Positions 10,115 through 18,416 of a DNA stretch of 64,000 nucleotides are shown here, in pieces. The notes beneath the pieces are model-generated. The model saw nothing but the letters and a program-made list of their open reading frames with translations, had not been told where the DNA came from and made no database searches. The stretch covers positions 4,126 through 68,125 of the forward strand of contig JAPLYG010000005.1 in assembly GCA_026395685.1 (NCBI GenBank). Reading direction: 5' to 3'. This stretch comes from Candidatus Parcubacteria bacterium. GTDB lineage: Bacteria > Patescibacteriota > Patescibacteriia > CAIXNZ01. Both the position numbers and the translations under genes were made by a program. The stretch's first letter is position 1; every line of letters starts with the position of its first letter.

Positions 10115-10627
10115 ATGAATGCTTATACCAAACTCGCTAAAGAGACAATAAATTATTATCTTAATACCGGCAAAATTATGGGGTTGCCAAATGATCTGCC
10201 CCCAGAAATGCTTGTAAACAAGGCTGGCGTTTTTGTATCTTTACATTGCTTAGGGAGTTTAAGAGGTTGTATAGGAACCATTGAAGCAACAACAGACAAT
10301 ATTGCTCTGGAAATTCAACAAAATGCTTTGTCAGCTGCCTTGGAAGACCCGCGCTTTGAGCCGTTAACCAAAGATAACTTGGAAAATTTAGTAATTTCAG
10401 TTGATGTCTTGAACCCAGCGCAATTAATTAAAAGCCGCAAAGAATTAAATACAAAACAGTACGGCATCATTGTTGAGACTGATAATAATAGAGGCTTATT
10501 ATTGCCGGATATTGAAGGAGTTGATTCAGTTGAACAGCAAATTGAGATTGCCTGTCAGAAAGCCGGTATTGACCCGTTAGTTGATAAATTTAAAATATAT
10601 AAATTTACCGTAACTCGGCATGAATAA
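10115..10627 (+). CDS. amrA: AmmeMemoRadiSam protein A (AMMECR1 domain)
   Basis: GVFVSL, LRGCIGT, DPRF, GLLLP; ATG 10115 preferred over TTG 10097. Confidence 0.92.
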   Translation: MNAYTKLAKETINYYLNTGKIMGLPNDLPPEMLVNKAGVFVSLHCLGSLRGCIGTIEATTDNIALEIQQNALSAALEDPRFEPLTKDNLENLVISVDVLNPAQLIKSRKELNTKQYGIIVETDNNRGLLLPDIEGVDSVEQQIEIACQKAGIDPLVDKFKIYKFTVTRHE

Positions 10628-12503
10628 AACAGCTCAAATAGTACCGGCCTTGCGCCTTAAGCGCAACTTGCACTATTTTGACTATAGCGTACCAACGGAA
10701 CTTCAGCAACAAGTCAAAATAGGACAAATTGTGGAGATACCCTTTAGAAATAAAAATATTAAAGGGCTTATTTTAAATTTGGCGGATAAAAATTTAACCA
10801 GCGACTATGAATTAAAGCCGATAAACAAAATAATTGAAGCAATCAGTCCTTTTGCAACTTGGCAAATCAAATTACTGCAATATTTAGCGGAATATAATTT
10901 TGTTTCCTTAGGAGCAGCTTTATATATTTTCTTGCCAGATATTCCCTTGAAAAAGTCCAGCAGGATAAAAGATTCGAAAATTAATTTTCTTGAATATCCT
11001 AAGCTAAAAATTGATCTTAATTCCCTATTAGCTGGCGCGAAAGCAGCATTAATCAAGTATTATAATCAGGAAACGAAAATAAGTACCTATGTTCAATTAA
11101 TTGACGCATACATTAAACAAGATAAACAAGTTTTGATTATCTGTCCCAAATTAATTCAGGTTAAACAAATTTTTCAGTATTTAGGAAAATATCAAGATTC
11201 TACATCCTTATTTTTAAATGATTTGGCGAAAAACAGTTTTTGGCAAGAATGGCAAGCGATAAAGAACAATGAAAAAAAAATAATAATCGGTACTCGCAGC
11301 GCTATTTTTGCGCCGGTTGATAATTTGGGACTGATAATTATTGATGAAGAAGACGATGAAAACCATAAACAGGAAGAGCCCAATCCCCGCTATAATGCCA
11401 AAAATATTGCCTTAAAATTGCAGGAACTAACAGGCGCTAAGCTGTTTTTTTGTTCTCAAACGCCGTCTTTGAATTCTTTATATAAAGTCACGCAAAAAGA
11501 GTGGGATTATTTTGAGATTGACAAGACAGCTAAGTCCCAAACGATAAAAATTATTGACTTACAGGATGAATTCAAAAAAGGCAATTATAATATTTTATCG
11601 GAATTTTTACAGGGGAAAATAAGCCTGGCTTTGCAAGAAAAGAAACAAATATTTCTATTTTTAAACCGTAAAGGATTAGCAAATGTTATTAAATGCAAAG
11701 ATTGCGGGGCAGTTGCTCAATGCCCTGTCTGCAAGCTTCCTTTGGCTGTGCATGAAGATAAAAAACTTCATTGTCATCATTGCAAAAAGCTTTTTGATAA
11801 TATCTTAACCTGCACTAAATGCCGAGGCAGTGAATTAAAATATTCCGGCTATGGTTTGGATAAAATCGCGGCTGAGATAAAAAGTCAATTTCCTCTGGCA
11901 AAACAGATTAAAATAGATAAAGATTCAGAAATAAAGGCAGGTTTGGATAATTATGATATAATCATCGGTACTCAGTATTGTTTAGATCTTTTAAACTGGC
12001 AAAAAATAGGCTTAATCGGGGCGATAAATTCCGATGTTCAATTATTATCGCCGGATTATAAGGCCAATGAAAAGTCATTCAATTTATTATCCAAGTTAAT
12101 TATTAATAATCCCGGCAAAGATATTGTCATCCAGACTTTTTCACCGGCAAGGCTTGATATCGTAAAAAATCTTGATACTAAAAAGTTTTTTCAGGAGGAA
12201 ATTCGTGATCGTAAATTACTGCAATATCCCCCATTTTCCCAACTCATTAAGCTGATATATCAGAGCGTGGAATTCAATTTTGGACAAAATGAAGTTGAGA
12301 ATTTGCATCGTAAGTTAAAAAAAGCTTTAAATAATCAGGATTGCATAATTAATTCTCCTGCTCTAATCTATACTCAGCAATTACGCGGCAGATATCGCTG
12401 GCAGATTATTATTAAAGTAATTAATTCAAAAGCTGATTTGGAATTCTTAAAGTCTTTACCTGATGAGGTCATTATTGATATTGATCCGGAAAGCTTACTG
12501 TAA
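10620..12503 (+). CDS. priA: Primosomal protein N' (PriA) with degenerate helicase motifs
   Basis: FDYSVP 3'-binding domain, IGTRSAIFAP, IIDEED, FLNRKG, four CxxC pairs, YPPF, RGRYRWQIIIK. Confidence 0.9.
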   Translation: MNKTAQIVPALRLKRNLHYFDYSVPTELQQQVKIGQIVEIPFRNKNIKGLILNLADKNLTSDYELKPINKIIEAISPFATWQIKLLQYLAEYNFVSLGAALYIFLPDIPLKKSSRIKDSKINFLEYPKLKIDLNSLLAGAKAALIKYYNQETKISTYVQLIDAYIKQDKQVLIICPKLIQVKQIFQYLGKYQDSTSLFLNDLAKNSFWQEWQAIKNNEKKIIIGTRSAIFAPVDNLGLIIIDEEDDENHKQEEPNPRYNAKNIALKLQELTGAKLFFCSQTPSLNSLYKVTQKEWDYFEIDKTAKSQTIKIIDLQDEFKKGNYNILSEFLQGKISLALQEKKQIFLFLNRKGLANVIKCKDCGAVAQCPVCKLPLAVHEDKKLHCHHCKKLFDNILTCTKCRGSELKYSGYGLDKIAAEIKSQFPLAKQIKIDKDSEIKAGLDNYDIIIGTQYCLDLLNWQKIGLIGAINSDVQLLSPDYKANEKSFNLLSKLIINNPGKDIVIQTFSPARLDIVKNLDTKKFFQEEIRDRKLLQYPPFSQLIKLIYQSVEFNFGQNEVENLHRKLKKALNNQDCIINSPALIYTQQLRGRYRWQIIIKVINSKADLEFLKSLPDEVIIDIDPESLL

Positions 12504-12543
12504 AAAAAAGCCCATCGATTTTATTCGACGGGCAGACAAATTT

Positions 12544-13050
12544 TTAGAATTTGAGAAAAGAAAATTTTTCAGCATCAAAAAGATATATATCAGCTTCCAT
12601 TGCTCGCAATTCATAGGCGATGTTATTGCTAGTTGCCCAGATTTCAACGGTTTTTCCCGCTTCCAGGCAGACTTTTAATACAAATTCGTAGTCTGAATCA
12701 CCGGAAACCAATATCAGATGATCAAAATTGTTTTCCTTTAGCTGACACATAATCTCGATTGTAATTGCCTGATCAGTACGGCTTTTATAAGCCTTTTGGT
12801 TCTGCGGTCCATAACGTTTTAATGGGACATCTACTATTTCAAAACCAAAATCTTCTAAAACATGGTAAAAGCCATTCCTCGTTCCTCTTACCGGTAGAAT
12901 ATCGTGAAAAACCAGTTTTGACACAATTTTTCGGTTTTGTTTTACGTGAAGAACGTGTTTTAAGAACTTATTAAAGTTAATATTTTTCCCCAAAAGAGTG
13001 GTCATCCCCAAAAGGTTTGGGCCGTCAATAATAATAGCGACTTTAATCAC
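12544..13050 (-). CDS. NYN domain protein (LabA/DUF88, PIN-like)
   Basis: IIIDGPNL, KSRTD, LVSGDSDY, GKTVEI, ELRAMEAD; GTG 13050 preceded by AAGGGGG. Confidence 0.88.
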   Translation of the reverse strand: MIKVAIIIDGPNLLGMTTLLGKNINFNKFLKHVLHVKQNRKIVSKLVFHDILPVRGTRNGFYHVLEDFGFEIVDVPLKRYGPQNQKAYKSRTDQAITIEIMCQLKENNFDHLILVSGDSDYEFVLKVCLEAGKTVEIWATSNNIAYELRAMEADIYLFDAEKFSFLKF

Positions 13051-13129
13051 TTTAGTTACCCCCTTGATCTTTTGAGCTTTTTGTGATATTATAAAGAACA
13101 ATATTTAATTATAACTACTTCCACAAAAT

Positions 13130-13564
13130 ATGTCAATTTTACCAATAATTAAAGAGCCAGCATCCTCTTTAAGACAAGAATCTCAGCCTATTTTAGCCGT
13201 TACCCCGGATATCAAACGGTTAATTTTAGATATGGGGCAAACAATGAAATCTGCCAAAGGCGTAGGCTTGGCAGCGCCTCAAATCGGTCAAAATATAAGG
13301 TTATGTATTATTAGCACTGAAAAAGGCCCTTTAGTTCTGATTAACCCAAAAATAACCTGGAAATCATTGCGCAAAGATGTAGAAGAAGAAGGCTGCCTTT
13401 CCTGCCCCAATGCTTATATAAAAGTAAAAAGATCTAAGCTAATTCATGTTAAAGCTTTAAATGAAAAGGGACAAATTTTTAGCTTCAAAGCGACTGGCTA
13501 TTTTGCCAGGGTAATACAGCATGAAGTCGACCATTTGAACGGAATATTGATTATTGATAAATAA
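13130..13564 (+). CDS. def: Peptide deformylase
   Basis: GVGLAAPQIG, EGCLS, QHEVDHLNG. Confidence 0.97.
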   Translation: MSILPIIKEPASSLRQESQPILAVTPDIKRLILDMGQTMKSAKGVGLAAPQIGQNIRLCIISTEKGPLVLINPKITWKSLRKDVEEEGCLSCPNAYIKVKRSKLIHVKALNEKGQIFSFKATGYFARVIQHEVDHLNGILIIDK

Positions 13565-13569
13565 AATAG

Positions 13570-13695
13570 TTATTGGGTAATGGTTTGCAGCGGCCAGTTT
13601 AGTCTGTGGTCATAAGTCACTGGTTTAAATAAAGACTTTAGACCAAAGACTTAAAACCAAAACGGCAGCCAAAGACTATTTCCCAAAGACTAAAT
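13570..13695. repeat. Imperfect palindrome built from AGTC/AAGACT repeats between def and fmt
   Basis: Left arm G/T-rich (tagtctgtggtc, aagtc); right arm has four copies of (c)aaagact. Confidence 0.55.
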
Positions 13696-13702
13696 TAATA
13701 GT

Positions 13703-14653
13703 ATGAAGAATATTATACGAAATATCAAAGTAATCTTTATGGGTACGCCGGACTTTAGTGTACCTGCTTTAGATGCAATAATTAATAATTTTAAATTACT
13801 TGCCGTCGTTACCCAGCCTGATAAAAAAGTCGGCCGCAAGCAGGTTATTACCCCTTCCCCTGTTAAAAAGTTTGTTTTAGATAAAGGCTATGAAATTTTA
13901 CAGCCTGCCAGTCTCAAAGGTAATATTGAATTAATCAGCCGGATAAAGGAATTACAACCAGATTTAATAGTCGTGGTCGCTTACGGCTTTATTCTGCCTC
14001 CAGAACTTATCGCCATCCCCAAATATGGCGTAATCAATATTCATGCCTCTTTATTACCTAAATATCGCGGTGCTTCACCTATCCAATCAGCAATTTTAAA
14101 TGGAGATAAGCAAACCGGAATCAGCGTGATGCTGATTGATGATAAAATGGACCATGGAGCATTGCTGGCGCAAAAAACAATAACTATAACCGATTATGAT
14201 AACTTTGAATCTTTACATAATAAGTTATCCCAATTAGGCGCAGATTTACTTTTAGACACTGTGCCAAAATTTTACAGCGAACAAATTAAGCCGGTTCCCC
14301 AAGATGAATCAAAGGCAACTTATTGCAAATTGATCACTAAAGAAGACGGCAAGATTGACTGGAATAAATTTGCTGAAGAGATTGATCGACAAATTCGAGC
14401 ATTTACTCCCTGGCCGGGAACCTGGACTGAATGGAAGGGAAAGAGTCTTAAAGTTATAAAGTCAAAAGTCATAAAGTCTGAAGTTGGAAGTCATAAAGTC
14501 GGTGAGGTTTTTAAAGTAAATGACGGAATTGCTATTGCTTGCGGTAAGGATGCTTTGGAAATATTGGAATTACAGCTGGAAGGCAAAAAGCCAATGACAG
14601 CCAAGGAGTTTTCGAATGGATATGGTGATCTCATAGGCGCAATTTTAAAATAA
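13703..14653 (+). CDS. fmt: Methionyl-tRNA formyltransferase
   Basis: FMGTPDF, VTQPD, NIHASLLPKYRGASPI, RAFTPWPG. Confidence 0.97.
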   Translation: MKNIIRNIKVIFMGTPDFSVPALDAIINNFKLLAVVTQPDKKVGRKQVITPSPVKKFVLDKGYEILQPASLKGNIELISRIKELQPDLIVVVAYGFILPPELIAIPKYGVINIHASLLPKYRGASPIQSAILNGDKQTGISVMLIDDKMDHGALLAQKTITITDYDNFESLHNKLSQLGADLLLDTVPKFYSEQIKPVPQDESKATYCKLITKEDGKIDWNKFAEEIDRQIRAFTPWPGTWTEWKGKSLKVIKSKVIKSEVGSHKVGEVFKVNDGIAIACGKDALEILELQLEGKKPMTAKEFSNGYGDLIGAILK

Positions 14654-14665
14654 TTAAGAATATAG

Positions 14666-14717
14666 CTCTTTGTCTGCGAAGTCGCAGATTCTTCGTTTCT
14701 CTCAGTATGACAAAGAG
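14666..14717. repeat. REP-like palindromic remnant
   Basis: ctctttgtc...gacaaagag ends with internal ctgcgaagtcgcag and gattcttcg..ctcagtatgac. Confidence 0.45.
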
Positions 14718-14728
14718 GTTTTCAATCA

Positions 14729-14760
14729 AAAAAAGTCGCTCCAGGTGGAGCGATTTTTTG
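14729..14760. terminator. Bidirectional terminator
   Basis: aaaaaagtcgctcca-ggt-ggagcgatttttt. Confidence 0.75.
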
Positions 14761-14765
14761 TTTGA

Positions 14766-15065
14766 TCAATATCTGTAAAGAATATTGCAATTATGGCACA
14801 AGTATACTTGTTTGATGCCTTCAGGAAATTCTATCCAAACAAGATCTTTAACATATGGTACCGTTTGACAGATCGGGCACCAGGCACTCGTTGGTGCTTT
14901 AATAATAAGGGGCAATGAAGCAAAGCTTCTCTTGGTTTTTACTCTGGTTATTTTTGGAGATAAAGATCCTCGAGTTGCTCCCTGAAGGTTAATTGACTCC
15001 ATTTTTCTTTTTTTAGCTTTTTCCCTGCGTCTATGTATGCGCATCCCTTTACTGAATTTTTTCAT
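14766..15065 (-). CDS. Small basic protein with a C-terminal zinc ribbon
   Basis: GAGGAGG SD before ATG 15065; CPIC...CHNC. Confidence 0.6.
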   Translation of the reverse strand: MKKFSKGMRIHRRREKAKKRKMESINLQGATRGSLSPKITRVKTKRSFASLPLIIKAPTSAWCPICQTVPYVKDLVWIEFPEGIKQVYLCHNCNILYRY

Positions 15066-15082
15066 TTCCTCCTCCTTTTGAA

Positions 15083-15319
15083 TTAATTGATAACTAACCG
15101 ATAGATTGTCCAACAGATTTTGCATTCTAACATTTTTATTGGACCTTGTTTGGTTTCAATTGTAACCTGTTTGCCCTCGACATAGTTAGCCCTGCATTTA
15201 GGGCATTTTTTAGATTCAGATTCAGGATACTCTGTTTTGTCGGGCATAATTGATCGCTCAATCTTTAAGGTGTGTAATATTTTAAATTTACTCTTTTTCC
15301 GTTTCTTATTTTTACCCAT
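15083..15319 (-). CDS. Small basic protein with a zinc ribbon
   Basis: AAGGAGG SD; Lys-rich N-terminus; CPKC...CKIC. Confidence 0.6.
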   Translation of the reverse strand: MGKNKKRKKSKFKILHTLKIERSIMPDKTEYPESESKKCPKCRANYVEGKQVTIETKQGPIKMLECKICWTIYRLVIN

Positions 15320-15445
15320 TTATCCCTCCTTCTAAAAAAAATTTGGGAGGAGACCGGGGTCTCCCTTTCGGTGTTACTCGGCCCCCTCGATGGTACTGGT
15401 TTAAAAATAATAGATATTGTGATTATTGTCAATATGTAATGGAAA

Positions 15446-15574
15446 ATATTCAATCATCAATAATCAATAACCAAACAAATCCCAATAACAAATTACTAAT
15501 ATCTAAATTTGTTTATTATTGGAAATTAGAAATTAGGTATTGTTTGATGATTGTGTTATTGATTATTGGTTATT
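15446..15574. repeat. Imperfect palindrome of ~7-bp tandem repeats (caataat/attattg family)
   Basis: caatcatcaataatcaataaccaaacaaat...attgtttgatgattgtgttattgattattggttatt; similar to 62444-62558. Confidence 0.75.
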
Positions 15575-16832
15575 AAAAAAAATCCGAATCATCATAAGTG
15601 ATATTAGACGCCTTTTCATTCACATTAACGGATTTTCTAAAACCTACCCTATCAGGCGCATTGTCCTTGGTGTCCCACATAGTGCCAGAACAAATTGTGT
15701 ATTCACCGAATTTATCATTAATTTTATCCATGGCTAAAGTAAGATTCTTTTGTTTAGGTGAATAAAATAAGTTGAGCTGGCCGGAAAAGCGTTGCAATCT
15801 AGTAACTGAAACTGCCAGCATGTAGACTTTGCCGGCAGGCCAATTGGGTTGAATTAGACCGTAAGCTGCTTTAAAAATATCTTGGGTGGTAAACAGCGGG
15901 TCTGCTGTCTTATGACTTTGCCAAAAACCGCCACCGTATTTCAAGGAATAACCAGCGACAATACCCCGCGCTTCCAGCTGGCTTTCCCGCAATCTGCGGC
16001 CGGTTTTTTCGCACAATTTCATTAAAATAGCAGATAGATATTTGGGGTCATTTGTTTGTTTGGGAATACAGTAGGAATGGCCAATGGACTTGGGCAAGAT
16101 CTCTTCCTGAGTTCTGACGCCTTCTATTTCAATGCCATTGGCATTGGCCCAGAGGTAGTAGCCTGGCTTGCCAAAGGATTGCATCAGATTGGCCACAGGA
16201 TGACGCTTTAGGTCATTTAGGGTAAATATGCCTAAACGGTTTAAATGGCGCTCTGTGGCCTGTTTAATGCCCCAGGCTTCAATTATTTTGACCTGTTTAA
16301 AGGTTTCTTCCATCTTGGGGATGGAGTCAATAATCAAGTAGCTGTCTTTGGGGCAAATGTCAGAGGCGAACTTGGCCAGAAAGCGGGTCCAAGACAAACC
16401 GCAGGAAGATGTCAGCCATTCCCCCACTTCGGCTTTAACCCGCTGTTTAATTTCCCGAATTATTTTTTCGCCTTCTTGCCAGGTTTTGATATAGCCGGTT
16501 AAATCCAAAAAAGCTTCGTCAATGCTATAAGGTTCAATGCGGTCAGTATAGTCGCTGAAAATGCTAAAAATTCGTTCAGTAGTTGATCGGTATTTGGCCG
16601 GTTCATTTTCAATTAAAACCACATCCGGGCATAATTTTTTGGCGTCTTTAACCAGACACCCAGTTTTTATGCCCAGTTTTTTCGCCTCCTTGGATGAGGC
16701 AATAATACAGCCGTTAGGCGACATGTACGCAACCACGCCTACTGCTTTATTGCGTAAAAAAGGATTGGCCTGCTGTTCTACAGAGGCAAAGTAGGAGTTC
16801 ATATCGATGTGTAAAATATAGGTATTAGGCAT
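15573..16832 (-). CDS. dinB: DNA polymerase IV (Y family)
   Basis: HIDMNSYFASVEQ, YSIDEAFLD, LAKFASD, KSIGHS; start taken at MPNTYILH. Confidence 0.93.
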   Translation of the reverse strand: MPNTYILHIDMNSYFASVEQQANPFLRNKAVGVVAYMSPNGCIIASSKEAKKLGIKTGCLVKDAKKLCPDVVLIENEPAKYRSTTERIFSIFSDYTDRIEPYSIDEAFLDLTGYIKTWQEGEKIIREIKQRVKAEVGEWLTSSCGLSWTRFLAKFASDICPKDSYLIIDSIPKMEETFKQVKIIEAWGIKQATERHLNRLGIFTLNDLKRHPVANLMQSFGKPGYYLWANANGIEIEGVRTQEEILPKSIGHSYCIPKQTNDPKYLSAILMKLCEKTGRRLRESQLEARGIVAGYSLKYGGGFWQSHKTADPLFTTQDIFKAAYGLIQPNWPAGKVYMLAVSVTRLQRFSGQLNLFYSPKQKNLTLAMDKINDKFGEYTICSGTMWDTKDNAPDRVGFRKSVNVNEKASNITYDDSDFF

Positions 16833-16896
16833 TGGGTAGTGGGTAATAGGATTTAGAAGTAGAAAAGGAAGAAGAAGATTAGAGGACTGGGGTTTC

Positions 16897-16986
16897 GGGC
16901 GAAAACGGCTGTCGCGGACTGACACACTTCAGTGTGTTAAAAATAACAGGCTAAAGCCTGTCAGTCCGAATTGGCCGTTTTCGCCC
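16897..16986. repeat. Nested REP-like palindrome
   Basis: Outer gggcgaaaacggc/gccgttttcgccc, inner cggactgac/gtcagtccg, hairpins acacacttcagtgtgt and acaggctaaagcctgt. Confidence 0.75.
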
Positions 16987-17071
16987 TTGATTTTTTACAT
17001 CTAAAAATATAAGATGGATTTAGATATATTCAAGGTCATTTTCAAGTTTTCTCATAACCAAGGAGGAAGGC

Positions 17072-17440
17072 ATGACTGGAATCAGAGTGGTTTCCAAGGA
17101 TCCCAAAAGTGGTTGGCATTTCGGGATGGTCAAAAGCAGGAGTGGCGATTCTTTGATGATCATTGACTTGGATCATTCCACCGAAAATGGGCAAGTCCTT
17201 AAAAGAGCGAAAATTCAGGAGGTCAGAGAGGTCAAAAAGATTCCTCTTTTCAGTTTAGTTGTACCCCATGGAAGAACCATAAAAGAGTGGACCATTGGCC
17301 GGGTGATTGGCATGTCTAATTTGGATTTATCCATCGGCCCTGTACTTCACATCAGGGACATTATTACCGGTGAAGATGTCAGGGAATTGCCTCACTTAGT
17401 TGATAGGTTGGTTCGAGATCCCAGGAATCAACTTGTCTGA
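17072..17440 (+). CDS. Hypothetical protein in a stand-alone SD-led unit
   Basis: TTGATT-17-TAAGAT promoter, AAGGAGG at 17060-17066, terminator 17451-17482. Confidence 0.7.
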   Translation: MTGIRVVSKDPKSGWHFGMVKSRSGDSLMIIDLDHSTENGQVLKRAKIQEVREVKKIPLFSLVVPHGRTIKEWTIGRVIGMSNLDLSIGPVLHIRDIITGEDVRELPHLVDRLVRDPRNQLV

Positions 17441-17480
17441 AAAGGCATTCAAGCTCCGTTGCTTTAAGCGCGGGGCTTTT

Positions 17481-17726
17481 TTATTCATGATAAATTTCTT
17501 CAATTCTCCACCTCAAATTATTAGTTTCAAATACCAGCTTGAAATAATTAGACTGGCTAGTGACGGAAAAGTAAACCAGCTTACCGTCCCCTGTTCTTTT
17601 TTCATAAACCAGGTTAACTTTTTCCACCACCCATTTTTTCCCGGCGTACTTAAAAACAACAGGTTCAGCGCCCTGCTTGGTGAATTTGGTGATGACTTCG
17701 ATTTGTTGGTTTAATTTGGTTAGCAT
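17481..17726 (-). CDS. Small DinB-associated protein (DUF6504/ImuB C-terminal-like)
   Basis: PVVFKYAGKKWVVEKV...YFSV...FKLVFE...WRIEEI pattern; upstream of dinB on the same strand. Confidence 0.65.
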   Translation of the reverse strand: MLTKLNQQIEVITKFTKQGAEPVVFKYAGKKWVVEKVNLVYEKRTGDGKLVYFSVTSQSNYFKLVFETNNLRWRIEEIYHE

Positions 17727-17737
17727 AGGAAAAGCTT

Positions 17738-17843
17738 AACCACAGATTTTATTCACCTGCCTACGCCCTATGGGGCTTCGGCAGGCAGGCATTTAACACT
17801 GATTTCCCCAATCCGTGTAATTAGTGAGTATAGATCAGTGGTT
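17738..17843. repeat. Palindromic element with a nested 34-bp MITE-like hairpin
   Basis: Outer aaccacagat...atcagtggtt; inner cctgcct...aggcagg at 17756-17789. Confidence 0.65.
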
Positions 17844-17852
17844 CCGTTATCA

Positions 17853-17881
17853 AGTATACCCCGAACAGAAACCGAATACAA
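17853..17881 (-). promoter_or_regulatory. Promoter TTGTAT-17-TATACT containing a TTCGG-N6-TTCGG direct repeat (candidate LexA box)
   Basis: Repeat at 17861-17876 fills the spacer and touches the -35 element, upstream of the dinB-linked gene. Confidence 0.7.
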
Positions 17882-17903
17882 GAAAATAGTGAAACACCCC
17901 TGA

Positions 17904-17938
17904 AATTCGTATATTCGTAAGAGATTCGTACTTTCGTA
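17904..17938. repeat. TTCGTA tandem repeat (four copies)
   Basis: ttcgtatattcgtaagagattcgtactttcgta; related array at 56890-56939. Confidence 0.65.
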
Positions 17939-17996
17939 GGAAAAACAAAAACACCCCCCTTGCGAGGAGTGTCTTTGGTATCTTAATCAGTTGAGA

Positions 17997-18194
17997 TTAA
18001 AATCTATTTCTGGTGAAAGATTTTTTTCTGTTTCTATTGCAATCACGGCAATAAACAGGTCGATCGCCAGCTGGTTGAAATGGCAATTGAGTGATCGGAG
18101 CGCCACATTCAGCGCATTTCAAGTTCAATGCAGTAACATCGAACATTGGTCTTTGTCCGCCACCATTGTCATTTTGATAATTCGAATAAGCCAT
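17997..18194 (-). CDS. CxxC-x17-CxxC zinc-ribbon domain protein
   Basis: RPMFDV...CAECG...LPFQP..DRPVYCRDC; own TTGACA-17-TATAAT promoter and downstream hairpin. Confidence 0.88.
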   Translation of the reverse strand: MAYSNYQNDNGGGQRPMFDVTALNLKCAECGAPITQLPFQPAGDRPVYCRDCNRNRKKSFTRNRF

Positions 18195-18416
18195 AGTTGT
18201 CTTTGTGACAAGGTTTTACCCTTCTAATTTTAATTAATTTGGTTTTTGCCTTGTCGACTTAGGCTGGTTTAATTGCCTAACAAGGACTTAACTTTGACTT
18301 ATTGAATATTTCGCTAAGTTTTGAGTTAAAGTAACCATTTATTGCATTATACAGCATTTGCCTATCTTTGTCAATACAGCTTGCTTAAAGAGTTAAATTT
18401 TGCCAAAATATAAAAT

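Noticed and set aside
16833-16925. N-terminal extension of DinB
   Set aside because: It translates low-complexity and palindromic DNA; the polymerase motif begins right after ATG 16832
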